Below, in pieces: positions 17,408 to 26,999 of a DNA stretch of 64,000 nucleotides. Below the pieces are notes generated by a model. It had not been told where the DNA came from. It was given only the letters and a program-made list of their open reading frames with translations, and made no database searches. The translations under genes were made by a program, and so were the position numbers. The stretch is taken from IMG/VR virus record IMGVR_UViG_3300015202_000006, positions 47 through 64,046 of that record; one strand, written 5' to 3'. Numbering within the stretch: position 1 is the stretch's first letter; each line of letters starts with the position of its first letter. Source of the stretch: a virus.

Positions 17408-17734
17408 ATGCCATTCTATCGATTCGTGTGTCTTAAGTGCCACACCGAAAGCAGCAGGCTCCTTAGTTTCGTTAAGGCAAAGGAGCATAAAGGCCCATGC
17501 AAGGAGTGCGAGGGAGAACTCAGTCTTACTGTGGGCTCTGCAAGCTCTCAGGCAATGGAGGCTACTGATGAGTATAGAGGCAAGTCGAATCCTCAGGGGC
17601 TCAAGAAGCAGCTTCTGGAGCGCTCTACGGAGCATTTCAAAAAGCACGAGCTTCCTCGCATCATAGAAAAAGAAGGCAAAGAAGTCGCAATACGTCAGGG
17701 CTGGCTGGATATCGAAGGTCGCCCCAAGAAATAA
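17408..17734 (+). CDS. FmdB-like zinc-ribbon protein
   Basis: MPFYRFVCLKC...CKEC pattern. Confidence 0.75.
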   Translation: MPFYRFVCLKCHTESSRLLSFVKAKEHKGPCKECEGELSLTVGSASSQAMEATDEYRGKSNPQGLKKQLLERSTEHFKKHELPRIIEKEGKEVAIRQGWLDIEGRPKK

Positions 17735-17760
17735 CTACGGAATTCATCCCGTGTGCCCTT

Positions 17761-17770
17761 TCCGTATAAC
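17761..17770 (+). promoter_or_regulatory. Phage promoter motif variant TCCGTATAAC
   Basis: One mismatch; SD-led ATG at 17793. Confidence 0.7.
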
Positions 17771-17792
17771 AACCGGCAGAGGGATACGAAAA

Positions 17793-18104
17793 ATGAAAAA
17801 AGACAAAGGTCCGAAGCTTCCAGCCGGTATTACGCAAGAATTCGTCGAAGAAATCGACAGTCTTGGCCCTGACAACCTCAAGACTCGCATCGTTCAGATG
17901 CAGGGCCAAATCGAAGAAACTCGAGCATTTTTAAACTGCGACGAAGAGCGCCTTCCCGAAGAGCAGCTGAAAGGCGCGATTGAGCTTAAGGAGATGAAGG
18001 CCTCCTACAATGAAGCGGCCGCCCCCGCTCGCGAGACCGTGCGCACGCTTCGCGCTCGCACCAAATGGATTGTCGAAGCCCTCAAGAAAAACGGAGCGCT
18101 CTAA
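17793..18104 (+). CDS. Hypothetical coiled-coil protein (103 aa)
   Basis: ORF track trimmed to the SD-led ATG. Confidence 0.7.
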   Translation: MKKDKGPKLPAGITQEFVEEIDSLGPDNLKTRIVQMQGQIEETRAFLNCDEERLPEEQLKGAIELKEMKASYNEAAAPARETVRTLRARTKWIVEALKKNGAL

Positions 18105-18105
18105 T

Positions 18106-18549
18106 ATGGCATCCATCGAACAGTCTGGAACTTTTCATCTGGCTCGCCGTATAGCTAAAACGGTTGCTCCAGAATTTCGAATCTTCGCTACTGACCAGCT
18201 TAAGCCAGGCGAAATCGTGCTCGATTTACGTCGCAAAACTATCGAAATTTGCGAGACTTGCGATGAAATGCAAGCTGTTGCGGGAGTATTGTTTCAGCTC
18301 GGACACGTTCGTCTTATGGGACGGGATGGGACAGATCTCGAAGCGCATTTCGGTAAGATCAGCCCTACTGCCGATGAGACGTTCCTTGTAAAAGATATAA
18401 TCAAGCAAGGCATCATCGCGGACAAACTCGCCTCAGAGTGGGCCACAAGCGTTCTTTCCAACACTTGGAACATGGATGTGTCGGCCGCCGCATCATTGAT
18501 TGATGAATACGTTTGGACCGAAGCTGACTGGCGATCCTACTACCGCTAA
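18106..18549 (+). CDS. Hypothetical protein, possible degenerate ImmA/IrrE-like zincin
   Basis: LFQLGH sits where HELGH would be expected. Confidence 0.45.
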   Translation: MASIEQSGTFHLARRIAKTVAPEFRIFATDQLKPGEIVLDLRRKTIEICETCDEMQAVAGVLFQLGHVRLMGRDGTDLEAHFGKISPTADETFLVKDIIKQGIIADKLASEWATSVLSNTWNMDVSAAASLIDEYVWTEADWRSYYR

Positions 18550-18573
18550 AGTCGGGGAAGTGTCTAAAATATA

Positions 18574-18591
18574 TACATCTAAAATGCTGAA
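18574..18591. promoter_or_regulatory. Operator-like site TACATCTAAAATGCTGAA
   Basis: 15/18 match to the site at 3502; precedes TAGACA-N18-TATCCT (18610-18639) upstream of primase. Confidence 0.45.
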
Positions 18592-18677
18592 TTATTGCTA
18601 AATAAAAGCTAGACATCCACGGATGGGAGATGCTATCCTAAATTAGTAGTGAGGGAGTTTTTACGAAACTCGATCTG

Positions 18678-19661
18678 ATGAAAAAGCGATTCCTTGAGAA
18701 TGGAATCACTGTGAAAGAGACTCAGCGATCCTGGTACTTTACGTGCCCGGGCTGCGGCAAAGAAGACAAGGCCTGGCTGATCAAATCATCAGGCTACACT
18801 TCTTGCTGGAGCTGCGGACGTAACTGGTACAACTGGGCGCAGGTTCTCAAACAGATCTTCAAGGGCGACTCAGAAGAAGTTCTAGAGGCGGTCAATGAAG
18901 TTCAGACAGGAGATGTCTTAAATCATCTTCCTTTCATCATTCACCGTACTGGTGACGAAGAAATTGAAGAAACGACACTCGTGGATTTTGAGCCGATCGA
19001 ATTACCGATCGACTTTATTCCGGTGGAACAATCGGAGACCGGTATGGCGTATTTAATTGAGAGAGGAATAAATAGCGCAGAACAGGTTGCTCAGTTCGAC
19101 ATTCGTTACAGCAGCAATATGAACGCAATCGTATTTCCTGTGAAAAAGGGCGGTTTAGCTTATGGCTGGCAGGCACGTCGAATCAGACCCACCGGAAATC
19201 TTCCGAAAGTACAGACGTCTAAAGGGTTTAAGAAAGCCGAATTCTTGTTAAATTTTAATACCATTCAGGATCGCATACAATATTCTGACGAAATCTTGAC
19301 AGCGCGCGTTAAGAATCTAATACTGGTTGAAGGCCCAGTTGACTGTATTCACGCAAATGTCCTTCCCCAAGCGGTGGCAGTTGCGAGTTTCGGAAAACTG
19401 GTTTCTCGGCAGCAGCTGGATCTTTTGATTCAGTCGGAGGCCGAAAATATCTATCTCGGACTAGACCGGGACGCAGGACGTGAGCTGATGAAACTAGCAG
19501 AAGCACTACATTCGCATAAGAGAATTTTCAGAATGCTGCCTCCAGAGCATAGGAAAGATATGGGCGAGTGTACGCCCGAAGAGATCCAGGAAAGCTTCGA
19601 CGGCGCAGTAGAGATATCTGCGATCAGAGCACAGTGGATGGAGGTCTATCTCAAGGAATAG
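18678..19661 (+). CDS. DNA primase (zinc finger + TOPRIM)
   Basis: CPGC...CWSC; GWQAR; VEGPVD; GLDRD. Confidence 0.88.
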   Translation: MKKRFLENGITVKETQRSWYFTCPGCGKEDKAWLIKSSGYTSCWSCGRNWYNWAQVLKQIFKGDSEEVLEAVNEVQTGDVLNHLPFIIHRTGDEEIEETTLVDFEPIELPIDFIPVEQSETGMAYLIERGINSAEQVAQFDIRYSSNMNAIVFPVKKGGLAYGWQARRIRPTGNLPKVQTSKGFKKAEFLLNFNTIQDRIQYSDEILTARVKNLILVEGPVDCIHANVLPQAVAVASFGKLVSRQQLDLLIQSEAENIYLGLDRDAGRELMKLAEALHSHKRIFRMLPPEHRKDMGECTPEEIQESFDGAVEISAIRAQWMEVYLKE

Positions 19662-19720
19662 GGGGAAAAGATTTACAGGGGCTTTGGGTTCATAAATTTA
19701 AAGATTCGAAGGAACGCAAT

Positions 19721-20602
19721 ATGAGCAACAGCAGCGCTTTTAAGAGACCTCCAAAGAAGAGAAAGAAAGTTAAAAAGGCAAAATCTTTTGTCTTGTTGGA
19801 CTACGCTCAACTTGAGGCTGAGCATATGCAAACAGTTCACTTCTTCATGAAGAAGAAGTTCCCTCTCGGTCGCGGCCCGGGCCTCCCAACCCGCGAAGAC
19901 ATCAAACAGCAGATGATGATTCAGATCATCAAGGCCATGCATAAGTTCGATCCTGAACGCTATTTGACCACCTCTTCGTACAACGAAGAATTGATCAAGG
20001 ATCCAAAAACCAAGCAGATGCGCCCAAATAAATTCTATAATCCTGCCAAGGGTGCGGAGCAAATTGCCATGAAGCAAGTATGCCCCGAAGCTTCCCTGAA
20101 ACAGGGTCGTATTCAATATGGATTTGGAGCACTTACCAACTGGTGCCGCCGATTCCTCAGCGAGAATCATCCGGATAAGCTGGGGGGCATGGAAGTGAAC
20201 CTGACGGACTTTATGGCGAACACCGATCTCGGCCAGCTGGCGAACCCAGAAGATAGCTATATCGAAACGGAAAGCTCGGTTTCGATGCAGATGTCTTCTT
20301 CGGAAGACTCGCTCTCTTTCTACAGCGAAGAAGCCAGGGAGGAGCTTGAGTTCCTTCTTGCCGCTGCAGAGAAAGAAGACTCGATGGCGATTAAGCGCCT
20401 GTTTGCTGCCATGGATGAAGAAACCAAGGCCGCAGTTGGCGCAATGATCCATATCGTTTGTCGTCAGGCCGATCAGCGCAAGTATCTTGGCGCCAACGGA
20501 GAGGCCAAATTCGACAAGTACCAAAAACTTGTGGTCGAACAAAAAGAAGAAGAGACTCCCCAGTCCTCTTCCGGCTTCGAAGAGTCCGACGACGAAACGT
20601 AA
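19721..20602 (+). CDS. Divergent sigma-70-like factor (region 2 recognisable)
   Basis: HMQTVHFFMKKKF...REDIKQQMMIQIIKAMHKFDPERY aligns with sigma region 2.1-2.3 (EDLxQxGxIGLxKAxxKFDPxRG); LTNWCRRFL is a candidate region 2.4 after an insert. Confidence 0.65.
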   Translation: MSNSSAFKRPPKKRKKVKKAKSFVLLDYAQLEAEHMQTVHFFMKKKFPLGRGPGLPTREDIKQQMMIQIIKAMHKFDPERYLTTSSYNEELIKDPKTKQMRPNKFYNPAKGAEQIAMKQVCPEASLKQGRIQYGFGALTNWCRRFLSENHPDKLGGMEVNLTDFMANTDLGQLANPEDSYIETESSVSMQMSSSEDSLSFYSEEAREELEFLLAAAEKEDSMAIKRLFAAMDEETKAAVGAMIHIVCRQADQRKYLGANGEAKFDKYQKLVVEQKEEETPQSSSGFEESDDET

Positions 20603-20624
20603 TTCCTGACAGTCCTACCGGGTC

Positions 20625-20663
20625 GGGCCTCCAGTCTAAATCGGCTGGGGGCCCTTCTCGTTT
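20625..20663 (+). terminator. Stem-loop, probable intrinsic terminator
   Basis: 12-bp stem GGGCCTCCAGTC/GGCTGGGGGCCC followed by TTCTCGTTT. Confidence 0.55.
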
Positions 20664-20675
20664 GTGCCGATAGAA

Positions 20676-20685
20676 TCCGTATAAA
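20676..20685 (+). promoter_or_regulatory. Phage promoter motif TCCGTATAAA
   Basis: Exact copy; 30-nt leader with AAGGAG SD. Confidence 0.8.
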
Positions 20686-20715
20686 TTCCTTGAGACCAAA
20701 ACCTTAAGGAGATTT

Positions 20716-21021
20716 ATGTTCAATCGAAACACTGGCAAATACGAATACTCTAAGCTTTTCCGTTCCACAGGGGCCCTGATTAAAGGCGAGGGCAATACGC
20801 CAGAAGAGGCTCGCTCAGCGTTTAAGGCCGCCAAAGAGGCCTATAAAAGGCAGCCTTTGGTCCCCACTGGCGAATATGTGAATAGCCCAGGCTTCGTCGC
20901 TGTCGAGTACGAGGGCGGGCGGGTTGGCTACGAATTCCGCGCAGATCGCAAGGCCCAGGTCTTGGCGTGCCCTCAGCTTGCTGAGGCGATTAAGAAGGCC
21001 CAGGAAAATGGGAAAGCCTAA
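20716..21021 (+). CDS. Hypothetical protein (101 aa)
   Basis: ORF track; strong SD. Confidence 0.75.
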   Translation: MFNRNTGKYEYSKLFRSTGALIKGEGNTPEEARSAFKAAKEAYKRQPLVPTGEYVNSPGFVAVEYEGGRVGYEFRADRKAQVLACPQLAEAIKKAQENGKA

Positions 21022-21235
21022 TCATCCGTTCAAAGACGGGGCTCGTTTCCGTCACGATGCCTGTCTAGACATGGATCTTGAGATTCTTTCTATTCGTTAC
21101 GCAGGCCCAGACTATGTGGTCGCTAACGTCATTTACCTCAATCGCAATTGGGAAAATGGCGAATTCGTAATCGATAAGGAAAACAACGTCCGCTTGCTGA
21201 AGGAACACTGGCCGCGCTGGAACCGTATAAAGTAG
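21008..21235 (+). CDS. Hypothetical protein (75 aa)
   Basis: AGGA SD; overlaps the upstream stop region. Confidence 0.65.
   Translation: MGKPNHPFKDGARFRHDACLDMDLEILSIRYAGPDYVVANVIYLNRNWENGEFVIDKENNVRLLKEHWPRWNRIK
21222..21231 (+). promoter_or_regulatory. Phage promoter motif variant ACCGTATAAA
   Basis: One mismatch; 6 nt to the dnaE ATG. Confidence 0.8.
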
Positions 21236-21237
21236 GT

Positions 21238-24200
21238 ATGTCGAAGTCGCCCACCAGTATTCAGCTCTGCCCTCTGCATGTACACAGTCAGTACTCGGTC
21301 CTAGACGGGGCAAGCAGTTTGGACGACTTCATTAATTGGGCGAAGCAAAATGGTGCGACGACGGTTGGGGTAACCGATCACGGTTTTCAGATCGGGCTTC
21401 TAGAGCTGTACACGAAGGCAAAGAAGGCTGGCCTCAACGCTGCCCCAGGATGTGAGTTCTACGTTGCACCTCCTAGCGACTGGAAGTTCAACAAGAAGCC
21501 CTACGATTATTTCCATGTCACCGTCTGGTGCTCAAGCGAAATTGGTTACCGAAACCTGATGAAATTGGGGTCGAAGTCGTTCGCCCAAGATGAGATCAAC
21601 GGCAAAAAGCGCGTCGTAAGTAAGTTTGGTCAGGTCAAGCCTCGCATCACCTTTGACGAACTCTTTGAGCACAACGAGGGCCTGGTGATCGGGAGCGGGT
21701 GCCTTATTGGGGCTGTAAATAAAGCTCTCTTGCAAGGTGAGACAACCGGCGCGGAACTGAATCTTCTTAGACTTCTCGAAGTGTTCAAGGGCCGGATGTT
21801 CATTGAAATTCTGCCGCACAATTGCACCCATGACTGGGATCGCAAGGGCAAGAAGTTTGTGGAAAATCGACCATCTAATGAATGTGCCGATTTCTCTCAC
21901 GATGGAGACCTTCAAAAAGCGGCAAATTTAAAGAACATCGAGTACGCCAGAAAATACGACATTCCGCTTTTGATGACCACTGACGCCCACATGGTGAAGC
22001 CTTCACAGAAGGCTATCCAGGATATCCTGCTGCAAAATGGCGATCCCGACGGGTGGAGGTTCTACACCACATACGATTGCCTCACAACCGACCAGGCGTG
22101 GACCCACTGGGTAGAAAATTACGGCAATGATATTGAGCAGAGGAAGATTTTCACCGAAGCAATCGAGAACAATAATGTTCTGGGCGAGATGTGCAAAGAC
22201 CTCACGATCAAAGATAAGTACCATCAGCCGGAGCCAAAGATTGACCAGGAGATTCTGGAGATCACCTCAAACGAGGGCGATGCCATTCGTCTGCAGATCC
22301 TCAAGCAAATCGACTTCCATGGCAGAATGAAGAACGATCCGATCTGGCAAGAACGCCTGGACCGCGAGCTAAACACGATTCTAGATAACCCGACGATGTC
22401 TTTCGGGCGCTACTTCCTGTTCTTGGAACAATGGTGCCGGACGATGCGCGGATACTCTTCCATTAGCGCCCCAGGGCGCGGCTCGGCAGCGGGTTGCTTG
22501 GTAGCATACCTCCTGAAAATCACTCACCTGGATCCGATTAAATACAACCTGCCGTTCGAGCGTTTTCTTTCAAACGCTCGTATTCAACGTGGTAAATTTC
22601 CGGATATCGACTGGGATCAAGGCTCAAAAGGCCGCGATCTTATGATCGCTCTGATGAAACAGGAGTATGGCGATAAGATCGCCCAATGCTCTACGCTTGG
22701 CACTCTCAAGGTTAAGGGCGCCCTAAAGGACGTATGCCGAATTTTACTCGGTTGGAATAGTGCCGATCCTCGAATTAACGAAATCACCAAAACGATTCCC
22801 AATACTCCACAGGGTGTACCGGACGGCAAGTGGCTGACTGGCTATCAGGATCAGGATGGAATCATTCACGATGGCCACATTCTTCAGAATCCAGTTCTAG
22901 ACGCCTTCTTTAAGGCCCATCCGGAAGTCTATGATGCAGTGATGGGAGTACTTAATACTCCAAGGTCCATCGGCTCTCATGCCAGTGCCTATCTGATTTC
23001 GGACGAGTCAATTTTCAATTCCGTTCCCACGATGCAGTTCAAGGACGGAACGCTTCTTACTCAATACAATGCGGCTGCTTCTTTCAACTCAGTTGAAAAG
23101 GCGGGTCTCGTGAAATTCGACTTCCTGAGTGTTCGAGTGCTGGACACGGTCTCTCAGACGATCCGGCTCGTTCAGCAACAGGCCGGCTACAAGGTTTGGG
23201 ACGAAGAAATTAAGGTAGGGGATGAGACCTTCACTGTCACTCGTGGCGAACTCCCTATCGAGATGATTCCCACTCCGGACGGCAGGCTTACAGACATCTA
23301 CGAGCTTCCCGAAATTGCAGGCGTCTTCCAGATGATCTCTGAAGGCAAAACCGAATCACTCTTTCAGATCAATACCCCCATCATGACCCCGGCCTGCCGC
23401 CAGGTAAAGCCGCACTCGATCATGTGTCTGTCTGATTTGGTGGCAGGAATTCGTCCAGGTCCACTCGAAGCCATTATCGAAGACGGTAAAACCACAATGT
23501 GGGGAGCCTACGTTAAACGTCGTGCCGGTAAAATGGCGACCACATATGCCCATCCGGACATGGAGCCAATCCTCAGGGGCTCATACGGAGTCGCTCTCTA
23601 TCAAGAGGATCTCCAGCTGATGTTCCAGGATCTAGCGGGTTACAGTGCGACAGAGGCCGATGAGCTTCGTGAAATTTTGGCTAAAAAGCAGAAAGAAAAG
23701 GTTCAGCAGCGTATCCCCGAACTCCGCCAGAGGCTCAAGGACAAAGGCTGGACGGATGCACAGGCCCAGGTTTTCGTTAACCTTTGTATAGCATCTTCGG
23801 CTTACAGTTTTAACCGAGCCCATTCGGCCAGTTACGCAATGGTCGCCTATATTACAGCTTATTTGCGCTATCACTTCCCGACCCCATATTGGTGCTCGGT
23901 TCTATCCTGTGAAAAATTGGAAGATATCAAGGAGCAGAATTACGCCAAGACCATTAAGGATCTTCTTCTGCTCCCAAGCGTAAACGGATCTCTGCATAAA
24001 TTTGAGATGATTGACGATAAGGTTCATGCGCCACTCATCATCATCAGCGGCGTAGGCCCTGCAGCGGTTGAGGGTATCTCAAGGGCGCGCAGGGATAGCG
24101 GCCCATTCATCAGCTTTCAGGACTTTTTCGAACGAGTGAACCGAAGCGCTGTCGACCAGAGCGTAATGCACAACCTGATCCTCTGTGAGTCCTTCGCGTC

Positions 24201-24837
24201 TATTGAGCCCGATAAGAGCCCGAATGAACTCATGGAAGAGTACCACTACCTGAAGAGGGTTACGGCACTCAAGGTCGGTAAGGGAAAGACGGGCGAAGAT
24301 CTTTTTAATGCAGTCATTGAATACCGCATCAAGGAAATGGAAAAAGGACAGAAACTCGACATTCCAGAAGAATGCTTCCGTGATCGACTTCAGACCGAAG
24401 TGGCCAGGCTCTCGGCACTTCCCATTTACAGGATCAACGTTCATGAGGACTTCAAAGACCTCCTTGCGGCGAAGGGAGTTCTTTACGATGAACATAAGGC
24501 GACACTTCGAGTTCAGGGCAGCGCTATCCGTGTGTACAAAAACGTACCAGAACTAACCGGAAATATTGACGGACAAAAAGGCACTATTGGCGTTTTTGCC
24601 GGAATGATTCAGGAGTCAGATACCTTCCAGTTTTCTAAGGATGGTTCCAAGGTGACCGCTCTTAAAATGACAATCACTAACGACGGTGACTCAATTGAGG
24701 CCGTTCTGTGGCCTGAACAATATGCCGAGCTGGGCGCTCCGAAAACTGATCGGATCGTTTTCGTAATTGGGAAAATTAAAGAAGCCCGCGATCCTGGCAA
24801 GTGGTCCATGAGCGTAAATCAGCTTAGATACGTCTGA
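21238..24837 (+). CDS. dnaE: DNA polymerase III alpha subunit (family C)
   Basis: PHP domain (LHVHSQYSVLDG, TDHG, TTDAH), GRGSAAG, PDID, HAS, KFDFL, FNRAHSASY, C-terminal OB fold. Confidence 0.97.
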   Translation: MSKSPTSIQLCPLHVHSQYSVLDGASSLDDFINWAKQNGATTVGVTDHGFQIGLLELYTKAKKAGLNAAPGCEFYVAPPSDWKFNKKPYDYFHVTVWCSSEIGYRNLMKLGSKSFAQDEINGKKRVVSKFGQVKPRITFDELFEHNEGLVIGSGCLIGAVNKALLQGETTGAELNLLRLLEVFKGRMFIEILPHNCTHDWDRKGKKFVENRPSNECADFSHDGDLQKAANLKNIEYARKYDIPLLMTTDAHMVKPSQKAIQDILLQNGDPDGWRFYTTYDCLTTDQAWTHWVENYGNDIEQRKIFTEAIENNNVLGEMCKDLTIKDKYHQPEPKIDQEILEITSNEGDAIRLQILKQIDFHGRMKNDPIWQERLDRELNTILDNPTMSFGRYFLFLEQWCRTMRGYSSISAPGRGSAAGCLVAYLLKITHLDPIKYNLPFERFLSNARIQRGKFPDIDWDQGSKGRDLMIALMKQEYGDKIAQCSTLGTLKVKGALKDVCRILLGWNSADPRINEITKTIPNTPQGVPDGKWLTGYQDQDGIIHDGHILQNPVLDAFFKAHPEVYDAVMGVLNTPRSIGSHASAYLISDESIFNSVPTMQFKDGTLLTQYNAAASFNSVEKAGLVKFDFLSVRVLDTVSQTIRLVQQQAGYKVWDEEIKVGDETFTVTRGELPIEMIPTPDGRLTDIYELPEIAGVFQMISEGKTESLFQINTPIMTPACRQVKPHSIMCLSDLVAGIRPGPLEAIIEDGKTTMWGAYVKRRAGKMATTYAHPDMEPILRGSYGVALYQEDLQLMFQDLAGYSATEADELREILAKKQKEKVQQRIPELRQRLKDKGWTDAQAQVFVNLCIASSAYSFNRAHSASYAMVAYITAYLRYHFPTPYWCSVLSCEKLEDIKEQNYAKTIKDLLLLPSVNGSLHKFEMIDDKVHAPLIIISGVGPAAVEGISRARRDSGPFISFQDFFERVNRSAVDQSVMHNLILCESFASIEPDKSPNELMEEYHYLKRVTALKVGKGKTGEDLFNAVIEYRIKEMEKGQKLDIPEECFRDRLQTEVARLSALPIYRINVHEDFKDLLAAKGVLYDEHKATLRVQGSAIRVYKNVPELTGNIDGQKGTIGVFAGMIQESDTFQFSKDGSKVTALKMTITNDGDSIEAVLWPEQYAELGAPKTDRIVFVIGKIKEARDPGKWSMSVNQLRYV

Positions 24838-24854
24838 TTCGGGCACTGCTCACT

Positions 24855-24864
24855 TCCGTATAAA
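24855..24864 (+). promoter_or_regulatory. Phage promoter motif TCCGTATAAA
   Basis: Exact copy; followed by a structured leader of about 97 nt. Confidence 0.8.
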
Positions 24865-24961
24865 TCTCTGTAAGGCGCGGAAAGTGAGTCAGGCGGGTAT
24901 CTCTCCCACCATCTACCTCATCCGGAATACCCACTCCGCGCCGTAATTTATTAAGGAAATT

Positions 24962-25447
24962 ATGGCTATTACGAAAAAGAAACTCATCATCAATCCAAGC
25001 TCAGAAGAACAGGCGGGCATCGTGATGCTTAATCCGGGACCTCTTCTAGAAGAGATCGTGACCAAGGTTTTGCAAAAAGGACCCAAGGATCGCTTCGACC
25101 CCTTTTATGTAAGTGCCGCCCAAGTTACGCGTTTCCTGTCCAATGTGGAGAACAAAACCATTGGAGCCCAGAAGTACGCCGGGGTCGAAATTAAGTCATA
25201 CGATGAGGCGCTAAAGTTCTTCTCCGAAACCGCCAGCGACGTCTATGGGCCTGGTTGGATGGCGAAAGTAATTAGTAACGAAATTCATCTCTCCTCCGGG
25301 CCTAGTAAGGTCTTTGGCGTGATGGTTCCCTCCTCTGAAAACATTGAGGTTCTTAAGAAAGAGATCTCGATCTTTGCCGACGTACAGATCGGCGAACAGG
25401 CCGCCTCTGATACGTCGAAAAAGAAGACGAAGAAGCAATCCGTATAA
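24962..25447 (+). CDS. Hypothetical protein (161 aa)
   Basis: ORF track; AAGGA SD. Confidence 0.75.
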   Translation: MAITKKKLIINPSSEEQAGIVMLNPGPLLEEIVTKVLQKGPKDRFDPFYVSAAQVTRFLSNVENKTIGAQKYAGVEIKSYDEALKFFSETASDVYGPGWMAKVISNEIHLSSGPSKVFGVMVPSSENIEVLKKEISIFADVQIGEQAASDTSKKKTKKQSV

Positions 25448-25448
25448 C
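25439..25448 (+). promoter_or_regulatory. Phage promoter motif variant TCCGTATAAC
   Basis: Contains the upstream stop; leads to the SSB gene. Confidence 0.75.
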
Positions 25449-25490
25449 ACCAGTACGCAACTAGAAACGATCCCCGAAAGGACAAATGAC

Positions 25491-26465
25491 ATGAGTAATC
25501 TCGAACTTGGTTTTGACTTGGACGCCCTTAAAAATCAGGGCAAGCGTAAACGTCTTGTAAACTTTGAATACATCAAGGATGGCACGTCCGTTTACCATCT
25601 TGTGCCAGCCTACGCCTCCACCAGTCGTGAGCTTTCTCATCTCTATCGCTCCCACCGCATGACCGGGCCTACTGGAAATTTCATGTCGGTTTCCTGCACC
25701 TACTACAGTCCTGAACGCTACTGCCCACTTTGCGAGTCTCGCAAACAAACGATGGAAGCGATTGATCGCGCGAAGCGTGAAGGAAATGAAGACGAGGCCA
25801 CTCGTTTGAGCGAGCAAGAAAAGGGTCTCCGCGTTTGGAGTAATGTTTACTACAATGCTGTTAATGCGGCTAACGAAGTGGTCATTCTCCAACTCTCGTC
25901 CACGGTCGCAAACGATTTAAATATGCTCGTCGCCGAAGCGGTTGAAAAACGTAAGTTTGATCCGTCTAGCCCTACTACGGGAGTGTGGTTCAAATTCCGC
26001 AAGACCGGAAAAGGTCAGGGAAGCACGAAAGTGGAATTCAGTCGCATCACAGCCATCAGTGAGAGCGGCGAGGAGATTGAGAAGCTCGATCGCAGTTCAA
26101 TTCATGCCGACGTTCTCAATGGTCTCGACGAAAAGGTCGCCGATATTCATAGTCCTTCTTCGATGTTTATCAAGGAATACACGGCAGCCCAGCTCGTTAA
26201 CGTAATGCGGGGAGTGCCTGCAGAAGGAGAGTCTACGGCTAAGCCGACGATTGCACAGGTCACTTCGCCGATCAAAGCGGTCGCTGACGTAAAGGCTCCG
26301 GCGGTCGAGATGGATGTTCCTGACTTTGTGGCTAAGGTCGCGGCTGCGCCCACGGCCATTCCTGCAGCTCAGGCTCCCATCTCCACACCAAAAACCACCA
26401 ACTACGCAGCTGAAATCGCCCGACTCAAGGCCTTTCAGGAAAAAGCGAAGTCGAAACAGGGCTAA
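25491..26465 (+). CDS. gp32-like single-stranded DNA-binding protein
   Basis: H...C...CPLC zinc site, OB-like core, Ala/Pro-rich tail; located between polymerase and recombinase. Confidence 0.7.
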   Translation: MSNLELGFDLDALKNQGKRKRLVNFEYIKDGTSVYHLVPAYASTSRELSHLYRSHRMTGPTGNFMSVSCTYYSPERYCPLCESRKQTMEAIDRAKREGNEDEATRLSEQEKGLRVWSNVYYNAVNAANEVVILQLSSTVANDLNMLVAEAVEKRKFDPSSPTTGVWFKFRKTGKGQGSTKVEFSRITAISESGEEIEKLDRSSIHADVLNGLDEKVADIHSPSSMFIKEYTAAQLVNVMRGVPAEGESTAKPTIAQVTSPIKAVADVKAPAVEMDVPDFVAKVAAAPTAIPAAQAPISTPKTTNYAAEIARLKAFQEKAKSKQG

Positions 26466-26468
26466 TCG

Positions 26469-26999
26469 ATGAGCAATAGTTTCAACGGGGACGACTCTCT
26501 GTCGTCCCCGTCCCTCTATCACGAACACCCTGCCGGAATGCCGGTGCCTCTAGACATGACCGCGCTCTACGCGATCGAACGTCAGATGAACGACATCACC
26601 CGAACAAATTCGATCACAGGGCCTCTGCTGATGCAGAGCTTCTTGAGGGGCATGGAGCTTGCCGCTTCGTTTCTTGCCCGGCTGACCTTTGACTACGAAC
26701 AGGCAAAGACCAAAACGAAAGAGGCCTATTCTATAGCGATTCTCGACAAAGCCGATGGCGAGTTAGAGAAACGCAAACTCAAGTCGACCGAAGAAAACCG
26801 TAAGGCAGTTGCGCTTCTGGATGCGGACTACCGAACTTCAAAAAACCAAGAAGACCTTCTAAAGGCGCTTGTAACTCTCATGGAGAACAAACTCTCCAGA
26901 TACGAACACGCACACAACGACGTAAAGAAAATTTACGATAAGTCCCCAGAGCCTCGCGGCTCATCGGGGTCTCTCCCGAGCAGTAAGGATACCCAATGA
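26469..26999 (+). CDS. Helical protein, possible UvsY-like recombination mediator
   Basis: All-helical; lies between SSB and RecA-like genes. Confidence 0.45.
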   Translation: MSNSFNGDDSLSSPSLYHEHPAGMPVPLDMTALYAIERQMNDITRTNSITGPLLMQSFLRGMELAASFLARLTFDYEQAKTKTKEAYSIAILDKADGELEKRKLKSTEENRKAVALLDADYRTSKNQEDLLKALVTLMENKLSRYEHAHNDVKKIYDKSPEPRGSSGSLPSSKDTQ

